The notes under the pieces were generated by a model that saw nothing but the letters and a program-made list of their open reading frames with translations, did no database searches and was not told the origin of the DNA. This document shows, piece after piece, positions 23,641 through 36,202 of a stretch of DNA of 60,046 bases. Positions within the stretch are counted from its first letter, which is position 1; each line of letters begins with the position of its first letter. The position numbers and the translations under genes are program-made. Source of the stretch: Negaprion brevirostris (taxonomy: Eukaryota); NCBI GenBank assembly GCA_030324005.1, contig JARDVH010000025.1, positions 94,150,673 through 94,210,718 on the forward strand. The letters are read 5' to 3'.

Positions 23641-23949
23641 ACCTTGCCTGCAGCTGGGATTCTCCGGTCCCGCTGCAGTGAATGGAGATTTGACCGGGTG
23701 CCAAATTCTCCATTCTCGCTTGCAGTGGTGGTGGGATGTAAATGGCCAAATAGTTCCTGCCTCTGTTTCTGTGTATCACTTGTAATGGTTGCTGTTCCTG
23801 TCACCACACTATTACCTCTGAAAACCTCAAGGGTCTATCATTGCCAACTACAACCCCTCCCCCTTCCACCTCACAATTACATGCTTCCTTTTCATTAGTT
23901 TTCATATTCTTGCTCTATTTTCACCACTTCCTTTCTTAACTTCTGCACT

Positions 23950-24400
23950 ATTGTTAAGTTGTCAAATTGCTTATCTGGCATCCCATGCTGGATGAGTGGG
24001 AATTTCCTCCAATTAACAAAGAAGTCATAACGGGGGACTTTCCATTCTTACCAGAAGTCAAGGACCTTTGGCTGGGTTGCCAAATTTCCCACATCAGGTC
24101 CCATCATGACAGGAGCAGAAAATCCTAACTATTGTTTCTGGTCCCCAATCCATTCCTAACTACGGACTCCATCCCCCTCCATGGTAACAAGCTGAGTTTA
24201 AGCCAGTCTTTTTGCAACTTTGGTGCCATATTTGATCCCGAGATGAACTTCCAAACGTATATTTATGCTATCACTAAGACAGCTTATTTCCATCGCGTAG
24301 CATTGCTTTACTTCACTCAACTAACAGTTTACAGTCACAGAAACTTTCATTCATGTCTTTATTATCTTTAAACTCAACAATGCTAATGCACTCCTGGCTT
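23950..24400 (+). mobile_element. L2 LINE fragments with an inserted MITE
   Basis: gctggatgag..aatttcctccaatt (WM..NFLQL), NFGAIFDPEMNF and ITKTAYFH motifs. Confidence 0.7.
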
Positions 24401-24744
24401 ATCACCCATGATCTACCCACCCTGATCACACCCCAGACCCATTTGCTCCCCCCCATCTCTCCCCCTGCTGACTTGACACAACTACCCACATTGGATTTCT
24501 CACACTGATACCACTCTCCCAACCAGCCAAATCCCATCCATTTCTTACATGGAGACTTAACTTTTCCTGGCCTATCAATTACACAGGGCCCATTAAACCT
24601 ACGTACTTGCCAGCAGCAAAGCGGTGAGGCTTCCCTGGGTTTGGCTATACTGAGTGTGTTGTGATCCTTGGGGATTCTTATGCTGCGAGTCCCAAGCAGC
24701 CCCGGTAAGCGGCAGTGTGAACAAAACTCTCCAGNNNNNNNNNN

Positions 24745-24847
24745 ATGGTGAGTAGGAAATGATGGCCTATTCTGTCGTGCAGATGTACGTGGTGGGAGAG
24801 AGACAGATGTTGTGTCAGCCGTGTTGGCTCCAAACATTTCTGTTTTT
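24745..24847 (-). CDS. Candidate exon of gene B (KTEMFGANTADTTSVSLPPRTSARQNRPSFPTHH), cut off by an N-gap
   Basis: Acceptor ttcattgtttaaacAG. The phase-2 join matches the frame of track ORF 24313..24837. The donor is not visible because of N 24735-24744. Confidence 0.45.
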
Positions 24848-25036
24848 CTGTTTAAACAATGAAATTACCGCTGATCTTATCGTATAAATTGATAATGTTC
24901 TTATGTAAGATTCCCCACTTTGCTATTTTAAAGCATTATTTATTTTAAGTTAGTTCATTTCTACCCCTCCTGATATTTTCCCTGATATGTCAGCTTTCCT
25001 TATTTCTTTCCCTATTTTTTCTCTTTTCCGAACATT

Positions 25037-25212
25037 GGGTGGCACAATGGTTAGCACTGCTGCCTCACAGCTCCAGGGACCTGGGTTCGATTCCTGGCTT
25101 GAGTGATTGTCTGTATGGAATTTGTACATTTTCCCTGTGCCTGTGTGGGTTTCCTCCGGGTGCTCTGGTTTCCTCCCACCGCCCAAAGATGTGCGAGTTA
25201 GATGTATGTTAG
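25037..25212 (+). mobile_element. HE1-type V-SINE, 3' truncated
   Basis: A-box-like tggcacaatggttagc, B box ggttcgattcc and V-domain. Confidence 0.9.
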
Positions 25213-25409
25213 ATGTGAGCCCTGCCCACAATAGGCCAAACCCCCTTAGCACTGTCTAATGCCCACTGGATAGTGCCAAGGTGCCCCTGGGCATGGCACT
25301 TTGCCCCTTGGGCAGAGCTGGGGTACCATTCCCCCCCCACCGCATGACCCCCTGGGGGGAGGCCCCAGTTGCCCCCCCCTTCACTCTGACAGAGTGCCTC
25401 GCCAGTTCC

Positions 25410-26096
25410 TAGTACTGATATTTAGGTTATTTAGCATTGTCCTCTTTCCTTTCATTTTCCAGTGGGGAAAGATGCAAACAGAGCAGGACTTTCTCTCAGG
25501 ATCCACAGCACAGAATTTTTATGAGGCTGGGAAATAATGGGGGCAATTCTCCCAATGCGACCTGCAAATTTTCTGGCGCGTTTGGTTGGGAGATGCACGT
25601 GTCAGCTTTCTTGCAGGATTCACGCATGCGTTCCCGATGCATGTGCATCTCCCAGAGCCAGCGGGAGCTCTCTAAACCTCGTCAGAGTGAAATACTCCTG
25701 GCAGGGTGGGAGATGCTATCGGGCCTGGCAAGTTCCGTGCCAGGCCTGATAATGACATTTAAAACAGATTAAAAATACATATAAAACAGATTAAAATCAC
25801 TTACCTCTCTTCCCGGCAGTTTCCAGGGCAGTCCCAACTGCACCTGTTTTCTGGCTCTGGGAGACACACATACATTGGGCATTCATGCACAAATCCCGCA
25901 AAATGGCCGACACGTGCATCTCCTGACCTGACCCGCCAGAAAATTTGCGGGTCACGATGGGAGAATTTCCCCCATTATTTCCCAGCCTTAAAAAATTCCA
26001 TGGAGCCTGTGAGAGAGTCCTGCTCTCTTTTTGGCTTTCCCCACTGGAAAATGAGAGGAGAAAGGACAACGCTAAATAATGCTAAATATCAGCACT
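25410..26096. repeat. Long inverted repeat (arms about 250 bp) / foldback DNA element
   Basis: 25410-25660 is the reverse complement of about 25850-26096, e.g. ttttccagtggggaaag / ctttccccactggaaaa and gagatgcacgtgtc / gacacgtgcatctc. Confidence 0.85.
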
Positions 26097-26107
26097 TGGC
26101 AACATAC

Positions 26108-26197
26108 CCCAGCCGGTGTTCCTTCCTAACAGAAGCACAGAGACGGCAGTATATTTGCAGATAGCTACAAGTATTCTGTGATGATGCTGGCTCCAGG
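26108..26197 (-). CDS. Candidate 90-nt exon of gene B (LEPASSQNTCSYLQIYCRLCASVRKEHRL)
   Basis: Strong acceptor ctttgttttgtttgacAG and strong donor GG|GTATGT; symmetric phase. Confidence 0.55.
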
Positions 26198-27409
26198 CTG
26201 TCAAACAAAACAAAGCACAATTAATCTCTTTTTCTTTCTTTAATCCAATGCTTCTGTACAATTTTACATCACAAATGAACCTCAAAGAAAAAGTTAAGGG
26301 AGCTGTAGAGTAATAACAGGATTCACTGCTTCAATTTAAAGCTATTATTTAAAAATAAAGAAGTTTTCCCTCCTTTTTAATATGCACTTGGCTTGTGAAC
26401 CGACAAAAATTTCTATGGACAGGTGCCTTCGAGTGATAGGATTGTAAGAATTAGGTTGTTTACCACTTATTGAGCTAACTGAGTTATCCTTTTAAAAAGA
26501 ACAGCCGACCCTGAATGATTCAGATCATAGTCTCCAGCTCTCTCACTTCCCCTGTCATCTTTATTTACAGTTTCCGTGCCAGTTGTCTTCCAACCCCCAC
26601 TGCCTTTGCGAGTGTATTGATTCCTTGCTGAGCTCCAGTTCCTTTGGCACTTGTTACTTGGCCAAGTGACCATTATCTGTGTCAACTTTGACAGTGAATG
26701 TCAGTAGACTATTTGTTCGTGGGTGGGGATTCACAGCTGAGCCAGTTTAAGCCCTTGTCCAAGCTCCCCTCATGCACAATTCCACCAGTGAATGTTGAAA
26801 TGCGAGCAGGAAACAGAACCATTGATAGTTCACTTTTCCTTAACCCCAAGGTCAACTGTGACACCTCCACTATGTTACTGCCTGTGATCAGCTACCTGAA
26901 CACATACTGGGGATTGAAATTGGGACATGCTGGATCTGGATCTCATGAATGACTGTCTTATTATTCTATTGAGCATGGGGCCAACAGACATATATGTAAC
27001 ACAAGAAAACAGGGCTGGACCCACTGATGAGACTGTTGGCAGGCCCAGAGGTCAGGAATCTGGCACCGGAAGGATGCAGCCACCTGAACCCGATCACGTG
27101 GTGGCAAGCTCATGATTATGTGTGTGACACAGATATGCTGCCAGACGATATGGTAGGACCAGCTCTGGCACCGGGAGATCTGTGCCATCTGATCATCACA
27201 CAGAAGAAGCACATTTAAAAGGCANNNNNNNNNNNNAGCTGGAATTCTGCATGCAGACTTTCTGAGGGAAGACTGCAAGTGAGCAGCATTGTCAGACATG
27301 GGAACATTGTGACAGAAAATCTATGAGGAAGAAATCTCCACCTTAAAAGTTTAGTCAGTGCTATTAATGGATTCAGCTGCATTCAGAGATGTCCCAGTCC
27401 ACCCAGCAC

Positions 27410-27565
27410 ATCGCCTCATGATTCAGTGCGATTGCACTGCGTGACCTCCTCCAGACCATTCAAGAATGCAGATAGGTACTATTTACGCTGATGGCCACAA
27501 AAAGCCATCACTAATGACCGAGGTGGCCTGGACAAATGATACCATGAAGATGAGCTCCATCCAGG
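27410..27565 (+). mobile_element. Decayed PIF/Harbinger Myb/SANT-like ORF
   Basis: Translates AS*FSAIALRDLLQTIQECR*VLF / ADGHKKPSLMTEVAW, resembling the PRFS..L..LL....R.VLF..DG......AW pattern. Confidence 0.55.
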
Positions 27566-27904
27566 TCCATACCCAAAAAAAATGACACCTGCCACGATGC
27601 AAAGGCAACTTGGAGTTTCATAGTGTCGAGGAGTGGGTGAAAAGTGGGATGAGAAAGTAGAGCCACTGAATGGTTAAGGGTTCATAAGGACATTGAAGTT
27701 TTCAGTTACATCGGCTGCATGTATGTGGATCACTGGAATCTGCATCTTCCTTTACACATGACTCAGATTTCCTGAGAGCGTGTGGATAGCCAGGCTCAAC
27801 ATGGGATCAGAGGGCGTTCGGGCAGTAGGAATTTTTCCTCAACCTCACTGGACGATTTACCTTGTCTTCCCTTGGGCTTGCAGGTCAAAAAGGCCCTTAA
27901 TGCT

Positions 27905-28580
27905 TGGATTTGACTTGATTTATTATTGTCACAGTGAAAAGTGTTGTATCTTGCACTATACAGACAAAAAATACCATTCATAGAGTAAATAGGGGAGAAA
28001 GAAAGGAGAGGGTGCAGAATATAGTGTTGCCGTCACAGATAGGGAGTTGAGAAAGATCAGCTTAATATATGGTAGGTCCATTCAAAAGTCTGATGGCAGT
28101 AGAGAAGAAGCTGTTATTGAGTCGGTTGGTATGTGATCTAAAGGCTTTTGTACTTTTTACCCAATGAAAGAAGATGGAAGAGAGAATGTCTGGAATGTGT
28201 GGGATCCTTAATTATGCTGACTGCCTTTCTGAGGCAGCAAGAAATGTAGAAAGAGTCAATGGATTGGAGGCTGGTTTGTGTGATGGACTAGGCTTCGTTC
28301 ACAACTCTTTGTAGTTTCTTGTGGTCTTGGGACGAGCAGGAGTCATACCAAGCTATGATACAACCAGAAAGAATGCTTTCTATGGTTCATTTGTAAAAAT
28401 TGGTGAATCACAGCAGACATGCCAAATTTCTTTAGCCTCCTGATAAAGCAGAGGCTTTGTTGTGCTTTCTTAACTATAGCATCAGTGTGGAGGGACCAGG
28501 ACAGGTTTTTAGTGATCTGGACATCCACTAACTTGAAGCACTCAACCATTTTCACTCCATCACCATTGATGACCCACCAT
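27905..28580 (-). mobile_element. Rex1/Babar-like LINE 3' part
   Basis: INGDGVKMVECFKL..NLSWSLHTDAIVKKAQQSLCFIRRLKKFGM motif and gatttgacttgatttattatt tail. Confidence 0.85.
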
Positions 28581-29209
28581 TGAGGAAAGAAAATAGACCT
28601 CTGGAGAATGAAGATGGATCTCCAGGAAATTTGGAGGCTAGAGGATGGATCCTCTCCAGGACAATGCATCTGGAAAGTCCATCTGTAGATGTTTCCCAAA
28701 CCAACTGTTTTGATGTTCTAGGGCTGCATGGGGCTTCTGTCCTGACCTCCGGAGACAGCCCCAGGCATTGTTCAGGAGAGTCCCAACATCTCCACACCAC
28801 ATTGTATGAACATGTTTCCCACCAGGCACCAACAGAAGATCCTGCTGTAAATTCACACCGGCATGAAACAGATTTCTGGCCCTCCCACCATATTCTTCCA
28901 TCATGCCCTCCATCAATCATACTCCCCCCAAGACGAATAAAATTCTATAGAGGCATCTAAGAATGAAATACATTTAATGGAAACAAGTTTAATTTTACAG
29001 CACTCTCTGTAATCATCAAGTTGAAAAATTTTGTAACTTTCTTTTACAGGTTTTACAAATAAGGCATACTTTTGGGGGGAATTTTTCTTTAGGTGNNNNN
29101 NNNNNNNNNNNNNNNNNNNNNNNNNNNNNNNNNNNNNNNNNNNNNNNNNNNNNNNNNNNNNNNNNNNNNNNNNNNNNNNNNNNNNNNNNNNNNNNGAGGA
29201 TGTGCACAA

Positions 29210-29590
29210 AAAACATCACTAGACATATTCCTGGGGTGGTGAAATCATCATATGAGAAGAGATTGAGGAGGCTGGGGCCTATATTCTCGATAGTTTAAAA
29301 GCATGTGTCAATTTCACTTAAGTATATAAAGGATTTGACAAGGTGCAAATGCAAGAAGGATGTTTCCGCAGACTGGCAGGCTCAAAAACAGGGAACACAA
29401 TTTCAGAATAATTGGTAGGCCATTTAGGGATAAGACGAGGAGGAATTTCTTCGCTCAAAGGATCTTAAATCTTTGGAATTCTCTACCTAAGGGTGTTGAA
29501 GTAGAAGATCAAAAATGATCTAATTTACTGATGAAGCAGACTCAAAGGGCTGAATGGCCTAATCCTGTTCCTATTTTCTATGCTCCTTCG
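29210..29590 (+). mobile_element. CR1 LINE 3' end
   Basis: SYEKRL..LG and RRNFFAQRILNLWNSLP motifs; gggctgaatggcct..cctgttcct tail. Confidence 0.8.
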
Positions 29591-29888
29591 TTCCTAAAGA
29601 GATTGGTGGAGTAATTCAGCTTAATATCAGCCAAATCATCAATGGAAGCAATTTGTTGAGTCCCAGAAAGGATTCTTGCAAGTCCTTATGATTTTGATGT
29701 GAGGACAAGTCATGTCTCTCTTTGAAGCTGGTAGAGGCATTGCCATTACAAGTAACAATAAAGTCACACATGAACGAGAGTTAACCTTATTTGCAGAATG
29801 AATGAACAAGACTGAGGAACAAGATATGTGTTGGTTGATGTCATGGAAGGTTAAAAAGAATGAAAACGCTCCTTCAGCTGGCTGTCAT

Positions 29889-30333
29889 CCCCACAACATA
29901 CACCAATCATCGTGAGCCAACCTTCAGAAATGGCTAATGAGTCTTGATATTTTAAAAACTCAAAGCATAGACAGAGAGATTGACTGGCCATGGAATTGCA
30001 TTTTTAGTACAGACAATCGTGAAGCAGATGTTTCCAGCCAAAGGATTATGAAAATTAAATGTTCTGCTTTCACAGGTCGGAAGATAACAATCCTGAAAAT
30101 CTGCACTCCTGTTGTGTAACCACTGAGGATATGGATAGCCTCTTCTGGCCCCAGCTTGTTTGTAATCACAGGGCCACAGCTCTTTTAGATAATGGGCAGA
30201 CACTTGCAATTGTGGCATGCAGTAGCATACATGAAGTGATAAGGGAAGGGAGAAAATGTTCTTTCCGAGAAAGAAAGGAACTGTTGTACTGCTGGAACCT
30301 GACTCTGAAGTGCTGAAGCAAGGGCACACGTGT
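29889..30333 (-). mobile_element. Highly decayed PIF/Harbinger (HARBI1-type) DDE transposase
   Basis: Ordered remnants TRVP..FLSRKEHF (cf. THV..NRKGFHS), GARRGYPYPQWL (cf. GDxGYPLxxWL), ESRTFN, VLKMQF (cf. LKxRF) and IGVCC (cf. IxxCCxLHN). Confidence 0.55.
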
Positions 30334-30409
30334 TTTTGATGACAATTAGTGTGGCTCAGTAGAGGGTAGAGAAGTAAGAAGAAGCAAGGAAAACCTTATC
30401 GGCTTCATT

Positions 30410-30720
30410 AGAAATGATAGTAAATGTTCAAAATTGATAGGGTGGTTAAGCTGAGGGGGGAAAGTTCAAAAGAAATATGAAGGGCAAGTTTTTTTATGCA
30501 GAGAATGGCAGGTGTCTGGAATGCACTGCCAAAGGTGGTGGTGGAGGTAGATACAATAGGGAAATTTAAGGGGTTTTTAGATAAGCACATGAAAATGCAA
30601 GAAATAAGGGATATGGACCAAGGGCAGGGAGAAGGGATTAGTTTAATTTGGCATCATGTTTGACACAACATTATGGGCTGGAGGGCCTGTTCCTGTGCCG
30701 TACAGTTCTATGTTCTGTGA
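30410..30720 (+). mobile_element. CR1 LINE 3' end
   Basis: GKFFMQRMAGVWNALP..FKGFLDKHM motif and gggcctgttcctgtg..ttctatgttct tail. Confidence 0.85.
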
Positions 30721-31536
30721 TAGTAAAAAACTTAGCTAGTCCCAACTACACATGAGGCTAACCACTATGGACTGTCTGCTTCATGATCAAGAGTGTAGAG
30801 AAACTCGAGGTGGATTGCTAACAATCCCATCTCTTTCTCACAGAGGAGGAAGATGCGAGAAGTACATGTTTCCACTCTTTTAGGAAGATCCATTCAATGC
30901 AAATAAGATGCAACTTTCATCAGGTTGTGTATTTACTTCCACTTCAGTTTACCCCTACCTAATACCAGCCTTAGTCTGTTTGAAATATGTGGAAAATCAG
31001 AGTCATAAAGAGCAAAGAATGAAAAATTTAAAATGGAGACCCTAAATTTGTTGTTGATGTTGTTATCACATCAAGTGTCCTTCCTGTTGTTTGAACAATG
31101 ATTTCAACCTTAGCTGAAATAGTGGAGAAATGTTATGAATGTATTGAACATTTTTATGATCTCATCAGTAATGATTTATTGTGCTGTGATCATTTTAAAC
31201 ATATTTTAAGTAAGTCACAGAAACATGATTGATTTCACTTCTGCACAAAAGTGTAGTTAAGAACCCTTCTACAACTTACATGATCAAATAACGCTCAAGA
31301 AAATGTGCAATTGCTGAAAAGATAAGGCAAATCTTAAAACTATCTGCCATTTTCCAGCAAACTGGACGACACAGCAAGCCAAGCATCCAATGTAAACCTC
31401 CAACAAGGTCAGCGTCCTTGAACTATAACTTTGAGCTGTCTCAAATCTTTGACTTATAGTGGTGTTTATATTCAACGCTAATTGAATTCCATGATTCACC
31501 TTAGGGCAGCCTTCTTCATTAAAAGCTTTGAGTTAC

Positions 31537-31595
31537 TTATAATCATTCCAGATGCCGTTATGTATGGATGGATATGTAGGAGTCAATGATCTGAC
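31537..31595 (-). CDS. Candidate exon of gene B (VRSLTPTYPSIHNGIWNDY)
   Basis: Acceptor tttccatatatcatAG and donor GTAACT, phase 0 to 2. An in-frame TAA follows if unspliced. Confidence 0.45.
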
Positions 31596-32089
31596 CTATG
31601 ATATATGGAAATTAATTGCTATGTTTAGTTAACCAAAGAAGTAATATTTCCTTCTCATAAATTTCAGGAGATGCTGAACCTCTTTACTGTGTTTGTCTTC
31701 CTATCAGGTTAGATGGAATTAAAAGTGTGTAAGGTTGTTAAAAGCAACAGAATTATGGTATGGGAGTAGTAAATGTAAAAAGCTGCAAATTGATCTGTTC
31801 TGTTCTAACCAATTTCTTACGGCAGTACTAATTAGAATAGTTAAATACTGAATGTTATAACAGTTTCTTTTGACTAGAGTATTTTTGGATAGTCAGTGGA
31901 TTATTTTTAAGGTGAGATTCTATAAGAGAAAGATTTATTTTTCACTCTTATTTCTAATCTATTAAAATTTAGCTGTGTTTATTTTCATGATACTTTTCCA
32001 CCCTTTTTCACACATGATGCCTTCCTTCTGCGCTATAAGCAATCCGTTTCAATAGAAACCTCCTCCCTACCCCTCACACCATAACATGT

Positions 32090-32250
32090 TTTCCAATGGC
32101 AGACACAGATCACCACAGGCCATTGGCAAGATCTTCTCGTCCCACTGAAGTTATAGTTTTGTATGGCTTGCCCATCCTGCCACCGGAGAATCCGTCGGAA
32201 TTAGTGGGACTGGAAGATTCCACTAGTGGGAAGGGCTGGAAAACCCTGCC
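32090..32250. mobile_element. MITE family (also about 12385-12560, 34832-35080 and 46880-47068)
   Basis: Shared gatcttc(c)agtcc..tgaagtt..gggactggaagat..gaaaatcc motifs. Confidence 0.55.
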
Positions 32251-33944
32251 CTTTGTTTCTAAAGTAAATGCTAACATTATTTTTGCTTTTTCATAAAAAG
32301 GTTCATTTATTCATATTGTTCTAATGTTACTTTACGTAGGTTGAATATGATTGACAACTGTTGACCTTGGAACATTGGTAAAAGAGTCCCAAAGATAAAT
32401 GAGAATGTTGAAGGAATGATTTAAACTGTTTCTCCTTCCTGAAAAGGTTTGTGCCCCTCACCTTCTTTTCTTGGTCATTGCTGGCACACAATTCCCTGGC
32501 CACCAGTCCAATCTAATATTGTGCCCAAGTTGTTATTATTCAACTGTATGTCTGAAAAAATGGTTATACAGGATTGTGTGGATATTTTCTTCTCTTTATT
32601 TTGAGAACTTAATAATTAGGAGAAGGAGTAGGTCATTTGGCCCCTCAAGCCTGCTCCGCCATTCAATAAGATCATGGCTGATCTTTTTGTGGGCTCAGCT
32701 CCACTTACCTGCCCACTCACCATTACCCTTAATTCCTTTACTGTTCATGGGATTTTCATGGGACACTCAGGTGTTGCTGATGAGACCAGCATTTGTTGCC
32801 CATCCCTAATTGGGATGACTTGTTAGGCCATTTCAGAGGGCAGCTAAGAGTCAGCCACATTACTGTGGTCTTGACGTCAGACGTGGGCTGAATGAGCTAA
32901 GGATGGCAGATAATTTTCCTGAAGGGAAGGACATTCATGAACCAGATGAGTTTTCACAACACTTGACGGTAGTCATGGCAATTATTACTGAGATTAACTT
33001 TACNNNNNNNNNNNNNNNNNNNNNNNNNNNNNNNNNNNNNNNNNNNNNNNNNNNNNNNNNNNNNNNNNNNNNNNNNNNNNNNNNNNNNNNNNNNNNNNNN
33101 NNNNNNNNNNNNNNNNNNNNNNNNNNNNNNNNNNNNNNNNNNNNNNNNTTCTGTCAATCCGCACAAATTGACCAGTTGTGTGGGAAGTGAAAATGAACCA
33201 GGATTTACTCCCTGATTCATCAGCTTCAGCTGGAGTTGTGGGTAAGGGCGCAGAAGTGACTTGAGGGGGGTGCAGGGTCTATTTAGCTCAGTTTCTCACA
33301 TTTCTAATGTGTAGAAGCGATGCAGACATTGCATTAAAACTTACTGAGATGTCCATTTAAATATTTCATCCATATGATTTGAGATCACTTGCACTTAAAA
33401 CCTATCTTTCTACAAAGGCATAAATGAGTGTGATGACTGTCTAATATCCCAGATCAAGTTGTATGAAGAAAGCTGTCTTTATTGCCAGAGAAATAATGAA
33501 AAAAAATCAAAGAAACCTTAACCAATCTCATTTTCTCCAAACAAAATCTTAAAGTTTGGCAGGAGTTGATGTATTTTTTAAAGTCAGTGCCAAAAATAAT
33601 CCCCAATTATAAATATTTCAATAAATTAGTTCTCCATCAAGATTGGATTTATTCTTCATACTAAGGCTTAGGTATGTTTGCAAATCATGTTTTATTGATA
33701 GTTCTCTATTATTATTATGTTATATTTACCCTTTTTTTCTACTCAGGAGATGAAAGCAAGGATATTAACATTGGTTAAATATGCATGCAAAGAACAGTTA
33801 GCTTGAGATCATCAAACATGTGTGGCCCTAAAACTTATATGATTTATTCCAAAATTCATCTGTTTTTCATCAATATGCCAATTGTCACATGGGGGACAGG
33901 GGTAAAATTGATGTCCATGTCAGCGAAAATCCATTCAGCGACAA

Positions 33945-34640
33945 ATAAAAGAGAAAATGCTGGAAAATCTCAGCAGGTCTGGTAGCATCTGTAAAGAAAG
34001 AAAAGAGCTGACATTGAGGGCAGAATTTTACCGGCAAGTCTGCCCAAGTTTCGCACGATCCTGCCTGAGACCAACGGAGAATGCCGTTCTCCGAGCCGAG
34101 TCCACCCTCGGAGTCGGGACTGGTATGTTGGTAAAATTCCGGCCTGAGAGTCCAGGTGACCATTTGTCAAAGCTAAAAGGCATAGAAAGTGGGAAATATT
34201 TATACTGTAGGGTGAGGAAATAAAAGATGAGTCATAGACACTCACCTGATGAAGGAGCAGCAATTCCAAATAAACCTGTTAGATTTTAATCTGATGTTGT
34301 GAGACTTCTTAGTGTGCCCACCCCCGTCCAACACCAGCATCTCCACATCACAAAAACAAGGGGAAAGGCTAATAAGTGCTAATGGCAGTCCATAAAGAGA
34401 ATAGAAGGCTATATCCTCACTCTGGACTGCCATGAGCACGTTTTAGTCTTCTTGTGGCGATGACTCGCCTTTCATTCCCTCACCCTACAGTATGAATATC
34501 TCCCACCTTGACTAAGGATCAGCTAGACTTGAAAAGTCAGCTCTTTTCTCTCCTTACAGATGCTGTCAGACACGCTGAGATTTTCCAGCATTTTCTCTTT
34601 TGGTTTCTGATTCCAGCATTCGCAGTAATTTGCTTTAATC
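33945..34640. mobile_element. Penelope-derived element with inverted termini, carrying a nested MITE (34018-34144) and a nested PLE terminus (34241-34350)
   Basis: agagaaaatgctggaaaatctcagc / gctgagattttccagcattttctct inverted arms. The uninterrupted homologue at 41745-42330 defines the inserts. The MITE has TIR gggcagaattttacc / ggtaaaattccggcc and a TGA TSD. Confidence 0.8.
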
Positions 34641-34728
34641 AATTCAGAGACAGATTAGTGAAAGGATGAAACCATGATCAGTAAAATCAGAATGGAGCTT
34701 ATGCTCAAATCTTGTGAATGACTGAGCT

Positions 34729-34797
34729 CTACACTTGTGGATTATATTTGGCAACTGAATTATTGGAAGAAGTTGAAGGAACGTTTGTTCTTGGTCT
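34729..34797 (-). CDS. Possible exon of gene B (RPRTNVPSTSSNNSVAKYNPQ[V*])
   Basis: Acceptor ttttaaatAG in phase 0. Either a weak donor GTGTAG or a terminal stop; a second frame is also open. Confidence 0.3.
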   Translation of the reverse strand, partial: RPRTNVPSTSSNNSVAKYNPQV

Positions 34798-36202
34798 CTA
34801 TTTAAAATCAGTTTCTTTTTTCGGCACAACGAAGATTCTGCCTTCTCCTCACCCCTGCTGGCTGCAAAACCCATGGTGGGATTTCAGACAGTGGAGGTGG
34901 ATCACCACTGGCCACCAGCAGGATCTTCCAGTTCCGATGAAGTTAATGGTCATTTGCATTGTTCACCAGTTGCACCACTGGGAAACCTGTCATGGGAGGA
35001 GAGGTGGTATGGGGGCAGGGGGAGGCACCTTTGGCAGAATCAGAAAATCTGACTGGCAGGAAGGGGCAGAAAATCCCACTCTATGTTTCTATCTCACGCT
35101 TTTCTGGGTTAGAGTTCCACTGTCCCTAGTCACTCTTTGCTATCTTTGTCATCTAAACATGACCGGTCTTCATATTTAAAATCTGTGTATTGATGCCAGT
35201 CAGTTCTTTGACTACAGGATGTATGTTTCATCAATGTTGTTGTTACCCATGGCTGAGATCTGCTCATTAGCAGTTTTTTATAACTCAGATATCAGAGGGA
35301 CATTTTTTACACAGAGAGTGGCGAGGGCCTGGAATGCACTGCCAAGTAGGGTGGTGGAGGCAGACACGCTAGCATCGTTTAAGAATTTGTTCTCTGTCCT
35401 TCCCGCTCTCTTCTCTTACCCTGCTCCCCCATCAAAATTCTACTGCCCCGCCCGCCACGGGAATCAGAGTGGGCGAGGGGTAGAAAGTGGGAAGGTCCAT
35501 CAACCTTGGGTGGGATTTTCCAGTGCCGGGTCAGACTTCCCTCCCTCCAAGCTTGACAATGAATCATTGTACCAAGCGTTTCTATAGCCACTGATCACAC
35601 CCGCTTCCACTATTTAGCCAAGGTTCAGTCATAGCTTTCTGTTGAGCTCCAAGCCACAAGAGTTTATTCTGCTGTGTAATGTTCTGATCTGGGTGATATA
35701 GACTGCCTAACTAACATTCCATTGTCCAGGCTTGTGTTGTACACATTCCCTCCATCTGTTCCTCATCCAAGGCGATTTTGGGAAGGCTTGACTAGATATC
35801 TGCCCTGTGAAAAGTTCTGGAACTTGCTTTTAAAACGATATGTTCCGAGTACTTTACACAGTTGATAGATTCTTAAATTTTAAAAAGAGTAAATTTATGT
35901 GGGAACATTTGCTACAATAACTTGGGATCAGGCGCATTGAGCTATGAAGGTACTTTGTCAAAAGGCAAGAAGGACACTGGCATTAGATGCAGGGGGCATT
36001 GATGTGAAATTAAAGTTACTGTCTGACTAAAAACTTGGAGCAACGATTGTGTCCGTGCTTGAATTCACAAGAACTGCCTTATTATTAACATCCATCATTT
36101 TATTCTGATTTATCACTGGTTAATAACAAAATATGATTATTCCTTTGCATTTGGTCACAGAGACACACAGTCAGCAGTGTTTGGTGGCTGTGAAGAAAAT
36201 AA

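Noticed and set aside
26990-27225. GDLCHL-like motif suggesting a second Harbinger transposase piece
   Set aside because: Too short and degenerate to support by eye.
28580-28960. 126-aa + strand ORF
   Set aside because: Low-complexity sequence with no clear splice signals, lying within the Harbinger fossil; probably transposon-derived.
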